A stretch of 64,000 nt of DNA from Camelus dromedarius (Eukaryota): assembly GCF_036321535.1 (NCBI RefSeq), contig NC_087437.1, positions 83,020,001 to 83,084,000 on the forward strand, given 5' to 3'. Within the stretch, counting starts at the first letter, position 1. The number at the start of each line of letters is the position of its first letter. Under the pieces are notes generated by a model. It saw nothing but the letters and a program-made list of their open reading frames with translations, was not told the DNA's origin and did no database searches. Below, in pieces: positions 13,637-26,013 of this stretch. The position numbers and the translations under genes were made by a program.

Positions 13637-14231
13637 CGAGGAGGAGTGTGAATGTTTGTACTGCCTAGTCTACAGGAGTTGTTGGAAGTACTAAAGGTGG
13701 GAAATACTTGGCAGCATCCTACAACTGTAGGATAATAAGTATTTTTAAATCTTACTCTTTGGTCAAACACACCAAGTCATGAGTTTTCTGCTGGTTTAGT
13801 AAAACAATCTTTGCTTTCCTAGTTCTAAAATAAATGGGCGCTGTAGGAGCACAGCCTGGGAAGGTTTTAATGATAGAACTGTGCTGTGGAGTTGATTCCA
13901 GAAAGTCTTTTCCTAGGATTTTCTAAGGAGCCCTTTAACCAACTTTTTTGACTCCCTGTAAAAAGCCGCCCACGGGAAGGAGTTTCCCAGGCTCCGCCCC
14001 CACCAAGCCTACGAGCTTTCTAGAAGCTCCAGAGGGCTGGAACCGGACCAAAGGGCTGGCTATCCATACACATGCCAGGATTTGCACCTGTGTTTTAAAA
14101 TGTAAGTCGAGGGTGGGGTCTCTGGCCAGATTTCTGCCCCAGTTAGTCCTCAGAATCCAGCTCTACTTTGTGTTCTCCCTCTGTTTGGTTGCACCGCAGA
14201 CCAGAGGTTGTACGTGACAAAAAAGCCTCTT

Positions 14232-14398
14232 TTATCTCCGCCTTCGCTTCCACTGCCCTCTCCTACCTCCGCACCGCAGCTCTCTCCCCGTCGGCCTCGC
14301 CCCTGGGAACCGTGGATTCTTCTGTTTATCTCCTAGGCGCGGCGCTCCTGCAGGCGTCGATAGGAGCGGCGACTACAGCTCCCAGCATGCCCCGCCTC
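14232..14398 (+). promoter_or_regulatory. CPOX proximal promoter motifs: GATA sites, ACTACAnnTCCCA (ZNF143/THAP11-type) element, GC box
   Basis: TTATCT at 14232 and 14326, CGATAG at 14358, ACTACAGCTCCCAGCATGC at 14372-14390, CCCCGCCTC at 14390-14398. Confidence 0.7.
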
Positions 14399-14547
14399 GC
14401 ACCCCTCGGGGAGCCGACCCGGTAGTAGCTCTTACCCCGCAAAGGTTCCCTCTCCTAGTGTGGTCCGCCGCTCACCGCTCGGGACTCCAGCGGCTCAGGG
14501 GCCGGTCTCTGGGACGCGGGCACTGCCCAGGGTGACAGCACGGGAGC

Positions 14548-15070
14548 ATGGCCGTGCACATGGGCAGGCTGAGCGCGGGCCCCTGCTGGCGCGCGGCGCG
14601 GGGCTGCTGCCGGGAGCTGCGCGCTTGGGCCCCACGCAGCGCGGCGGGACGCCTCTGCCGGCCGCCTGGCACCGCGGGCCCCGAGCAGAGCCGCGGGCTG
14701 GGGCACGGCCCGAAGGCTCGAGGTGGTCCCCGGCTGAGGACCGGGCTGGCCGCGGGGCTGGCCGGGCTGGCGGGGCTGGCGGCCGCCGCCTTTGGGCACG
14801 TGGAGCGGGCAGAGATGGTGCGCAAGAGTTCGGGGGCGCAGAGCCCCTCGCCGGGGAAGCCTGAGGAGGAGGACGACGAGTTGGCCCGCCGCTGCAGCTG
14901 CTTCATGGCTTTGCCTGTGACCGACCTGCGCGAGCTGAGGGGGAGGCCGGGAGACATGAAGACCAAGATGGAGCTGCTGATCCTGGAGACCCAGGCCCAG
15001 GTGTGCCAGGCGCTGGCACAGGTGGACGGGGGCGCCCGCTTCTCCGTGGACCGGTGGGAGAGGAAGGAAG
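14548..15070 (+). CDS. CPOX: CPOX coding exon 1 (mitochondrial presequence, hydrophobic segment, start of mature enzyme)
   Basis: ATG in strong Kozak context (AGCATGG). Translates [14 protein letters not shown]...[27 protein letters not shown]...VDRWERKE. Donor AAG|gtgaga at 15071. Confidence 0.97.
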
Positions 15071-15899
15071 GTGAGAAGGTCGGCCCCTGGCGGGAGGTGG
15101 AGATGGGAAAAGAGGCCAGGCTTTAGGTCCCAGGCAGAAAGTGACTTAGAATTGGGGATGGGAGTAAGGAAGGGGTTCCTGCAGAGCGCCTGCTAGTTTA
15201 AAAGGGACACAGTTCAAAAGATTGACACCGAAAGGGTCATCAGCCCTCAGCTTGCAGGTGTGGACCTGGATGTGCTGGCACTCTAGTACTAGACATTTCA
15301 AAATCTTTGCAGTTTTTTAATGGCGTTTTTAAAAGAAGTCTTAAGATCAGTTTTATCCAACAAACTTGGATGTCCAAGGTTGTAATTGAGCATAGATTTT
15401 CTCCACATTTCATTTGCTTTTCCGGGTGCCTTGACCCTTTCTCCTCCTTTGAAGATGGGAAAAGAAAGTCAACTCTTTACTCTTTAGTATTAGCCGGACT
15501 CCTCCAGCTGAGGGTGTTATTATGTCATTGTGTCTTTTCCCCAGGTTACACAAGAAATACTTGGCTTGTCAGTAGTTCTGCCAAATGCACCCATCAGGTT
15601 TCATGCTAGGAAATCTGTATTCAAACCGAGTTCAGTATTAAATTCTGGTATTAAATTTAATTCAGTATTAAAATCCAGTTCTTACAGAGTCAAATATATA
15701 TTCATAACCATGTTATTGCCTGGGCAGTGAAACCCTACATCTTGGTCGCAAACTTAAAGGATTTCCGATTCCTCTTTCCTGGGAATACTACAGCGTCTTT
15801 CATTAGCGATTTTGGGCTGTGCGGCTGCCTGTTTATATTAAATGAAGTCAAGTCTGGTTTTCATAGCATTTTCCATCACGTAATGTTAGCGCTGTTAAA

Positions 15900-16050
15900 C
15901 CAGGATGCAAACTCAAGTACTAGACTAGCTGTATGACCCTCAGAAGTTATTTTTTGTGCCTCTGTTTCCTCATCTATGAAATGAGATTATAAATACTGTA
16001 TGAGGATATTGTAAGGATAAGATGAGATGAATATACATGAAGTGCCAAAA
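15900..16050 (+). mobile_element. MIR SINE (intron 1)
   Basis: ctagctgtatgacc...tgcctctgtttcctcatctatgaaatgag...gtaaggataagatgagat. Confidence 0.7.
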
Positions 16051-16853
16051 ATATTATTTGACTCTTAAAAAGCACCGAGACAAGTTGTTGGGCCACTTGT
16101 TAGCTGTATGTTTTGGAGAAGGTCTTTTGCCTTTCTGGGCCTCCGTTTTCTCGTTTGAAATCCACAAGGGTTGTACTGGATCATCTTATGTCTCATCCAG
16201 CTCTGAACATTCTTAGAACTAAAACAAGCCAAACATGAAGCTTCATGAAACAGTTGCTGTTGTGGTTACTTTAATATCTTAAAAAAACAAGCAAACCAGC
16301 TACTAATAGAAAAGCTCATATACCTTAATATTCATGTGTCTCACTCAGTTTGTTTCTGAATCCCTCAAGCTTTCAAATATCTGCTGTTTATTAATCACCT
16401 ATAGACAAAAGGCAAATAGCACAATGAGAAAAACACAACTGAAACAATATGGATGGGGCTCTTAAGTTTGGTAATAGGACTCTTCAAATATACTCATTCC
16501 TGTTTTTAACCTTTGCTTTCTTTCACGTGTCCTAACCAACAGATGCCATTCTGAATGGTCTTATTTGAAGGGAAAATAATCCAGTGATTTATTTTAGATG
16601 ATGACATAAGGATGTAGGAGAAATGCTCAGTTTGGTCATGTGGGGACATAAAATATTTGCCCACGGTCAGTAGCACATGTCATAAAACTAAGCTGGTTGT
16701 CTGGTTTTACTGTATTTAAAATGATAAATATACTGGTATTATGGAAGATTTGGCAAATAGAGGAAAATAACTCCTAATCCCACCACCTTCATGCATCGGT
16801 TGTTCTCAGTTTTGCATATACTCTTATAGTCTCTCCTCACTACATTTTCCTAA

Positions 16854-17027
<174 letters not shown>

Positions 17028-17222
17028 TAATAGTCCCTGCAAACATTTTCCCCGCATAAGTTTTATTGGTAAAGTGAATATTGCTTCTGTAAAATACCAT
17101 TTGGGTCCATATGCCAGACAAGCCTGTTCACAATTACCTGTTAAAAATGATATTTTAAGAGACAAATTAATAAGTAGCCTTTGAAAATTGATTCAGAAGT
17201 TAATTTATATCAAGTCAGGTGA

Positions 17223-17378
<156 letters not shown>

Positions 17379-17962
17379 TGAAGCTGTGGAAAGTATTATT
17401 GTGCAAAATGTCTGCTAGCACAGGTTAGAGGGCATAACATCTAAAATCAAGAAAGAATACAATCTTAACGAGACTTTTTGGGAGGAATGCGAAGGCTTAC
17501 TCCTTGGCAGGTGCAATGGATGTGCACAAAGGGTGAAAAGTGAAAGTGGTATTGGGCTGGACTCTGACGTCCTCATATTTCCTCCAGCACAGAAGGAATG
17601 ATTTAATGAAACTGAACTTAAAGTGCGCACAGGGTTTTTTACAAATACAAATTCATTACATCCAAATGAAAACCTCATGTGCAAAATTAAGTTGACATTG
17701 AGAACTTGCTTTTGGAAATTGTCTTCCACATACGTAGCTTTGCCAGTTGCCAGTGCGTTACCAGTGGGTTTAAGTTGGGGTGCAGTTGGTCATGCCTCAG
17801 GATGCACAGGTAGCTGCAGCCTGTGTTGCCCATCAGCTGGGCCATCTGTTACCCTGTCAGAGCACCTGTGCAGCGCATGCCACGCCTGTTGGTGTCTCTG
17901 CTGGTGATGGCATTTAAAGTCAATGTATTTAACTTTCCTTTTGAGTAGTGTGCTGCGTCTGA

Positions 17963-18139
<177 letters not shown>

Positions 18140-19297
18140 TAGGTAAAGATATTGAACTTGTTGTGATCCCTGAAGTATTGTCCATTCCTTCTGTAGATCC
18201 TGAAGGCACTACTATGTCACTGAATACCTTTCTCAGTTGATGAAGGTTGAACTGTTTTCTTTGCCTGTTAGAAGTGGGATACTAGTTTTAAGTGGTTTTA
18301 ATATGTTATTTTGTTAGGAATATTTGAATGTCTGTGATTAAAAATTGGGTAGCAGCACCTTTTTTGATCCTAATGATTTAGGATATAAACTTGAAGGTGC
18401 TCTATACCTGTGAATCAGAGGCCTTTTAATCTTAGGATAGAATATTAAAGAGAATTATCATCTTGTTTCCATAGGAATGTGTTAGGGCATAGGGTGCAGG
18501 TTGGAGAACTGTTAGGAGAGATGCAAATGTACCAGAGATTGTGAACAAGGAGAAAACTGGGATTGGAAACTTTGTGAAAGAAACTCGGATGATAAAGAAA
18601 AGAAAAATAAACAAGTGGTGAGGAGACCCTGGCTCTTTGGTAGATGTGAGATGGGGTCTGTGCATAGAGTTGTTCAGAATAAGGATGAAGTACTCAATGC
18701 TGCTTGACACTAATTGGCATTCTTGAAAAAGGAAGAACAGAAAAGGGTGTTGGGGTTTTTTTTTTGCTTTGCTTTTAGAGTTAATAACTGAAATCTTGAT
18801 GTATTTGTGTAAGAGCATGGAGTTTAGCTTTAAAATCCTCAGAAAAGAGAAAACATTTCAGTAATCTCCTTTTGAGTTGACATTACCACTGAAAACTGCA
18901 CAGCCATGGACGCATAGATGTAAGACAAAGGGTGGTTTTTCTCACAAATGAGCATCCTTCCAGGAGGAGGACTGGAGGGTAGACATTCCCTTTTTTTGGT
19001 TTCCTTTTATTGTTATTACTGAGATGACTTTATCTGAGTACTGTTAATAAAATATCTAGGATGCAGTCTAGTTAAAAAGCTTTTAGTAAAAGTACCTGGT
19101 AAATCTCTTAATTTCGTAATCTCATAAAGAGAGATTTGTAAATAATATGATTCAGTTAAAGCTGACTTTACAGCCTTGCTCGGGATACACTTTATGTTAA
19201 TAAAATATGCATGTAAAGGAAAGCCAGCAAGTCACAATTGAGGTGAATTACACCAGTGCATCAGTTCTACAGATAAGCATCTGCTGCCCTTTAGTTA

Positions 19298-19660
19298 ATT
19301 TTTTTACTTGACGTATAGTTGATTTACAATATTATATTAATTTTAGGTATACGATATAGTGATTTAGTATTTTTATAGATTATACTCCATTTAAAGTTAT
19401 TATAAAATAGCAGCTATGTTTCCCTGCCTGTGCTGTACTATATATCCTTGTAGCTTATTTATTTTATACATAGGACTTTGTATTTCTTAATCTCATACCC
19501 CTGTCTTACCCTTATTCCCTTCCCTCTCCCCTCTGGTTGCCACTGGTTTGTTTTCTATATCTATGAGTCTGTTTCTGTTTTGTTACATAAATTCTTTGTT
19601 TTATTTTTTAGATTCTATATATAAGTGATACCAGAGTATTTGTCTTTCCCTGACTCTCTA
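19298..19660 (-). mobile_element. LINE-1 3' end (intron 4)
   Basis: tatagttgatttacaatattatatta...ctatatctatgagtctgtttctgttttg...ataagtgatacc. Confidence 0.85.
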
Positions 19661-19997
19661 GGTCCCAGACTAGACAGAAATGCTTCTGAGGACAGCAGGA
19701 TCCCTTGTTTCAAAAGATAAAGTATGAGTGCTAGACTCTTTGTTTCCCTTTTCAGTAAAGGTCTCAGAGTGCCACATCCTTTAGATAGACATATGTTAAA
19801 TTGCCCACTTGGTTTGCGAATGAAAGCATTTTCTATGTTGGTGATAATTGCAGGGAATCTGTCTAAAGCCCCAGTTTTATTTTCAGAGTTGGACTGGAAG
19901 TAAAGTCACTGTGCCTTAGTAGTCGAGGATAGTGCTCTAAGCTGAAACGCTCACATTGATTTTCGTGTTTTCCTCTTTTTTCCTTTTTGGTCCCTGA

Positions 19998-20240
<243 letters not shown>

Positions 20241-20699
20241 TGAGTGAGCGACCGGAGAATGAACTGTCTCTTCCAGAACTCAGCTGGGGCCTGGGGGAGG
20301 TGGGGCAGTCGTAATAAAAGTGAGTAGTGTATTGCCTTAGGCAGATGCTTGGTCAGAGTTACTGTATTAATACTCACTCTAATTTCTTTTCATAACTAGA
20401 TGACTATTAAATGAATTTTAAAATTGTGTAAAATAACATTATAAAAAGAGCAAAATTTGTCTATACATTAGAGACTCACATTGGGCATGTAGTAAGTACT
20501 TGCTGAATCTAATTTCTTGTAGTTTGTCTTCTCTCTCTACCTTCTAGCCTTAGGCCAAGATAAAGGGCATCATTTAATGTTTTTGCTGCTTTGTGAATTT
20601 GGAATCACACCTTTTTTCGTTCATCTCTAAGGTTTCCCGGAAATCGTTTTAATGAAAATAATCATTTGAGAAATTATTTACACTGAGTGGTAACATTTA

Positions 20700-20905
20700 A
20701 TAATTATAGAGCCCTTACTGTATGCTGGCCAGCCACATGTCAGGCACTTACACCTAATTTTCTCCACAAGCTTGTGAGCCTGGTGTAATTATCATCATTT
20801 CGCGGATGATAAATCTTAGTCTTAGAAAGGTAAGTCTTTGCCCAAGATTACACAGCTGGTAAATAAAAGATCCCAGATGTGGAACTATGTCATCATGACT
20901 TCAGA
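20700..20905 (-). mobile_element. MIR SINE (intron 5)
   Basis: ttgcccaagattacacagctggtaa core. Confidence 0.6.
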
Positions 20906-23708
20906 ACTTGCAGGTTTTCCCGTATGTGAAGGAGGTTAAGTAGTTGAAGCAGGTTCGCATGCCTGACCACGATGCTCACATCAGCCACCCAACTCTGTGC
21001 GCTGAGCTCCGTGAGCTCGGCTGGGTGAACAGCATGAGTCATCTTCAGCTGGGGTATGATTGTGAATTAGCTCCAAATTTTCCACTCTTCCGGCTCATAC
21101 CGGTTTCTCATGGCCATCCGAGTTTCACACGTACTACTCGTCTAGGCTATAAAATGGATTTTCTCATTTATGTTAATTCTGCCTCAAGCATATGAAGTTT
21201 TGAATACCAAAGGAGTTAAGGCTAGTGCCCTGAAAATGTTCCAAGTCTAAAGGTGAAAGTTTGTTGTTTATACTTTCTTAGGTCTGCCTGTGCCTGTCTG
21301 CTCCCCCCATTTATAAACTTGGGAAAATGAGAATTGATTGTTTTCTTGTTAGAAATTTCTTAAACAATGCATCTGTTTTGGGACTTTTTTGTTTAGGGTT
21401 CCCTGACTTCCCCCAATATTCGTTAATACTCCTTCCCTTTCACTTGGTGTTTATCACGTGCCCCTAGTGGCTGGCACCACGCTGGGAAAGCAGCTCACAG
21501 TTCAGTGGGGAAGACGGCCCTAAGAGGACAGTCCTAAGAGGACAGTTTACAGCTCTGTGGAAAGTGCAGCGTTCTAGTTTCGCATGGGATTTCATATGCG
21601 GAGCCTCAGGCTTTGTGAATACTAATAAAGCGAAGCCTTTACAACTTCTTAGACATAGGAATGATGTTTTGGTTTTTGTTTTGGGTTTTATTTTTTCACT
21701 TTTTTATTGAGAAAATACTTTGCAAGTTTCATTTGTGTGTATCATTGCTTGTCAGTGTGCTTTGAACTGGGCAGAGGTGTGGGGTGTTAGGTTGATTTTC
21801 TGTGGTGTGGTGGGTGACTGTACTTTCAAAGAGGCCCCCTTTACCCCACTTTATCTCTGGGCCTTAAAATGGCAGTCAACTCTGGGGATTCAGATAACCC
21901 CAGCTCTTTGCTGCGGTTATCAGCGCTGTCTTCACTTTCTTACATGGCATTCATAACCTGCTATCTGTATTACTCTTCCCCACTTCCTCCCTTTCCCCTG
22001 CTGTGGTCAGGCTGCTTCCCTTTTGACTTTACAGTCCCCTCTTTGGCGATCTCAGTCTCTTGTCCTCCGTCACTGCTGTTCTCTCCCCAGACCTGGAACC
22101 TCCCACCTTATAGCTGTCTTTTTCACAGGAGGGCAGAAACTAAAGATCTTTAACTTGTTGTTTTGTATTTGGGAAAAGGGAAACAGGATACAATTTGGTA
22201 TCAGTTAAATGGAAGGGAACGGTTAAGGTTCAGAGTTTACAGGTATCTTGGAGAGGATAAATGTATGGAAAGGGTCAGAAAGATCAGCTCTAAATGAAAC
22301 CTGGTGGGAGACAAGAGAGGCTAAAGGAGGGAAAGGAACATTATTCACTCAAAGCAGAAATGCAGCACAAGGTCCTGCAGAAGCTCCTGACAAGGGTCTT
22401 TGAAAAAGACTTCTGTATAAACTACAGAATCACAGCCATCCTTTAAACATCACATTTCAAAAGAGTGACATCGGGGATGGAAAAGGGGGTTGAGAGACTG
22501 AAGGTGTTTTCCATGGTCTCAATGAGGAAGAATTTAAGAACATTCATTTGAATTATCTCTTGAAACAGGCATAAGAAGGTATTAAATAGTTATTAGTGCC
22601 CAGAACTCAATCAATGGTAAATAAATGGTGAGGACTAGAAAAGAATGTGTGAATGTAATTTATTTAAATTTTCTCAGAGCTTTTGCAAGTTTCCACAGAG
22701 AAGGAGGCTTTCTAAAAATTGAGTCCTGTGGGATTCTAGAGAATATTTTTCTCTAGTTGTGATATTTTTCTCTAGTGTTAAGTATAATAACTGGTGCATA
22801 AATGATAATATCTGAGGAAAGTTTTGACCAAGAGAGTAGTTTTCGAGTGAGTTGAGAATGATATGAAAGGGGAACAGTTTATTGAAAATTTCAGATTTAT
22901 GGATCATTCTCAATTCTTTTGGGTAGTAGAAATTACCTTTTTGAAATTGGGGAAAAGAGCTCATGATATTCAAGGCAGTCACAGATTTTTAAGCTAGATC
23001 GAGGTTAGATATGACTTGATGGCTGTTAGTGGAAAACTAATACACTGAGCTGAGTTAGTTGATGTTAAGGATCTTTTTCTGAGAAAATAAAACTAAACAC
23101 CACAATTCAACCGCTACCTTTTGTTATGACATTTGCCATTAATCTGCAAGAAAACTGAATTATATGACTGCTTATTAGTGCTACTTACTATTTTAAGAAA
23201 AGGGAATATCTAGAATGTATCAGGAATTACTAATACATTGCTTTTCTCTGTACTTGGCCTTTCAATTACAAGAGTTTTCACTGTCTCAGTACGTGTGAGT
23301 TATTGGCAGTGAAGTGAAGTCTTTGACTCTGAAACATCTCAGACTGTAGGGAAGGGCCAGAAAGAGCTGTTCTGTCCTGTTGAGGGGTGCCATTTCCTTT
23401 TCTTAATTGTTTTTGTGCCTTCAAGTTCTAAGCTTTGTATTCATTCTGTTTATTTATTGGAAAACATAACCTTTTTGTTTTGTAACTGCTCTATGTTGGG
23501 GCTGAATCTGTATCCTATTGTTTATTGGATAGAATACCCTTTTATTGATGCCTGTCCAGATGGAGACAACTCAGCTGACTAGACTGGTGTCCCCTGTGCC
23601 AGTTCCAGCTGATTGGGTGGGGGTTGGTGGGAAGACACCCCCCTTTAAGCATTCATCATGGACAAATTTAAGAAGGATTTTACTCAGCCAGCTCTTAATC
23701 TTATTTAA

Positions 23709-23828
<120 letters not shown>

Positions 23829-24524
23829 TAAGAATAACTCATCCTAATAGTTATTTCCCACCCCCTGGCCCTCTAACCCCCACAAAACATGAACCTCAAC
23901 ACTGCAAATGTCTTACCTAAAGACTTGATTGGTTTTGACTTTGCTGACTTTATAAGAAAATCACAGGCAAAGAATTAATGAAAATCAAATTGTGCTTTTA
24001 AGAGACAGCGGGATAAATGATAATGGCTTTGTGTGTGAGAACAGGGAGTGAGAAGATAGGGTGGGCTGTGTGTCTAGGGAGCCAGACGGACCTTCCCTAC
24101 TTGGTAATTTTTTAGGAAGAGCTGTGGGCAAAGCAAACCTATTTGAACGTATCAGGTTTTTAAACTTAATTTTGTTAGAATTGTTGACACTTGTGGGGAA
24201 AAGTCTTATTCTCCACTATGAAGTATTAAGCTTGTTTGAAAGCATGAAGGGGCATGTCAGATGCTCAGCATTCTCGCTGTGCTTTACGTGCTACTGGGGA
24301 GCACTTCTGTAAAAGTTAATTGAATCTCTGCAGGGAAGTTTAAGATCTATTTCTGTTGGCACTATTAGCTTAATAAAGATCTATAATTGACTCTTGGCTA
24401 TGAGAAGGTGAGAATGGTGTGCATCTAGACTGTAATAGAAAAGATCAGGAAAAAAAATTACCATTGCTTGCTTTAGAAGAGCTAGAATCTTCTCTTCATG
24501 AGTTTAAATGTTCAAATAAGAATG

Positions 24525-24872
24525 TTCACAAAACAGAGACAGACTCACAGATGTAAAAAACAAACTTATGGTTACCAGCTGGGGCAGGGAGTGGGGAGGG
24601 ATAAACTGGGAGTTCTGGATTTGTAGATACTAACTATTGTGTATAAAATAGACAACAAGGTCCTACTGTATAGCATAGGGATCTATGTTCAATACCTTGT
24701 AATGGCCTATAATGAAAAAGAATATGAAAAGGAATATATGTATATATAATATATATGTATAAATGAATATATAATATATATTATATAATTTATATGTATA
24801 AATGAATCACTATGCTGTACACCAGAAACTAACACATTAGAAGTCGACTGTATTTCAATTAAAGAAAAAAAA
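24525..24872 (+). mobile_element. 5'-truncated LINE-1 3' end with A tail and TSD (intron 6)
   Basis: acagactcacagat...aacttatggttacc...ctatgctgtacaccagaaactaaca...A tail; flanked by AAGAATG at 24518-24524 and 24873-24879. Confidence 0.88.
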
Positions 24873-25254
24873 AAGAATGAACTTCTGGCTGGTGTTGAAG
24901 GTCTGCCTTGCATCATTCTGCTGTTCAGATCTAGCCTCATGAGATCAGTACCCTCTACAGTTGTCACTGTATTCGGAATGGCATTGTCTCCATCCTATTT
25001 AACTGTTCTTAGGATCTCATGGTTTGGGCTGGAAGCTCACTCACATTGCTGTTAGGTGTTCCTGCCACCCTAGAGGCAAGATGCAATAAAAAGTAGAGCC
25101 TGGTTTTTAAGGCCTCAGTCTACCTGACAGCTGCTGGCCCCTAATTATAATGCACATTCCAAGCTGCAGATAAGGGTAGATTATAAATCAGTCCCTTGCT
25201 CAATTGAATTCCATTAACACAACAGGTCATTTTTAGCTGCTTATAAGTCTGCAC

Positions 25255-25465
25255 CAGAAGTCTGCAGACTTAAGGCTTCAGGATAAATCTAGATCCACCT
25301 GTGGTATGTTTATGTACAGCCCTTGAGCTAAGAATGAAATTTACATTTTTGGAGGATTGTTGAAAACCAAAAGGGAATATACGAGAGACTATAATATTTA
25401 CGTGGCCCCCAAAGCATAACATATTTATTATGTGGCCCTTTATAGGAAAAGTTTGCCAACCTCTG
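25255..25465. mobile_element. MER58-like hAT-Charlie MITE
   Basis: Ends ...gtggccctttataggaaaagtttgccaacctctg, the characteristic MER58 terminus. Confidence 0.7.
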
Positions 25466-25863
25466 GTCTAAACCAGTGTTTGCCAGATCTCATACTACAG
25501 CTTAACCATTTGGACTATATTTGTCTATAATCTTAAATTTTATACTCTTATTTTTTCACAGAGAGAATTAAAGGCAAGCCAATATTATTGTCATAAATAG
25601 AGAGTAATGCATTAAAATAAATGCGTGAGTATCAAGCTAAAAAAAGTATGCCCATGGATCAGCTGAAATTCTATACTTTATGAAACCCTGGTTTATAGCA
25701 AAAGTGTATTTTGGCTTTGAAATATTAATATTAGCCAAAGTATGCTCAAGAATTACTAAGAAACTTTATTTCTTTAGCAGCAAATAAAAGGCTAGTAGAG
25801 ACAAAGAGATATAAGACTTTTTTTTTTTTACTCAAAGTTTTATTTTTCATTTATATTTGGTGA

Positions 25864-26013
<150 letters not shown>

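Larger units (their letters stand above)
14230..15130. promoter_or_regulatory. CpG island covering CPOX promoter and exon 1
   Basis: Abrupt switch to very GC- and CpG-rich sequence against a CpG-poor background; no TATA box evident. Confidence 0.92.

Noticed and set aside
14455..14966. Overlapping 114-164 aa ORFs on both strands around exon 1
   Set aside because: Shadow frames of the GC-rich CPOX exon 1, which is poor in stop codons; low-complexity P/A/G/R content and no recognisable domain.
15071..15126. ORF-track extension [17 protein letters not shown]
   Set aside because: Read-through into intron 1 past the AAG|gtgaga donor; not CPOX sequence.
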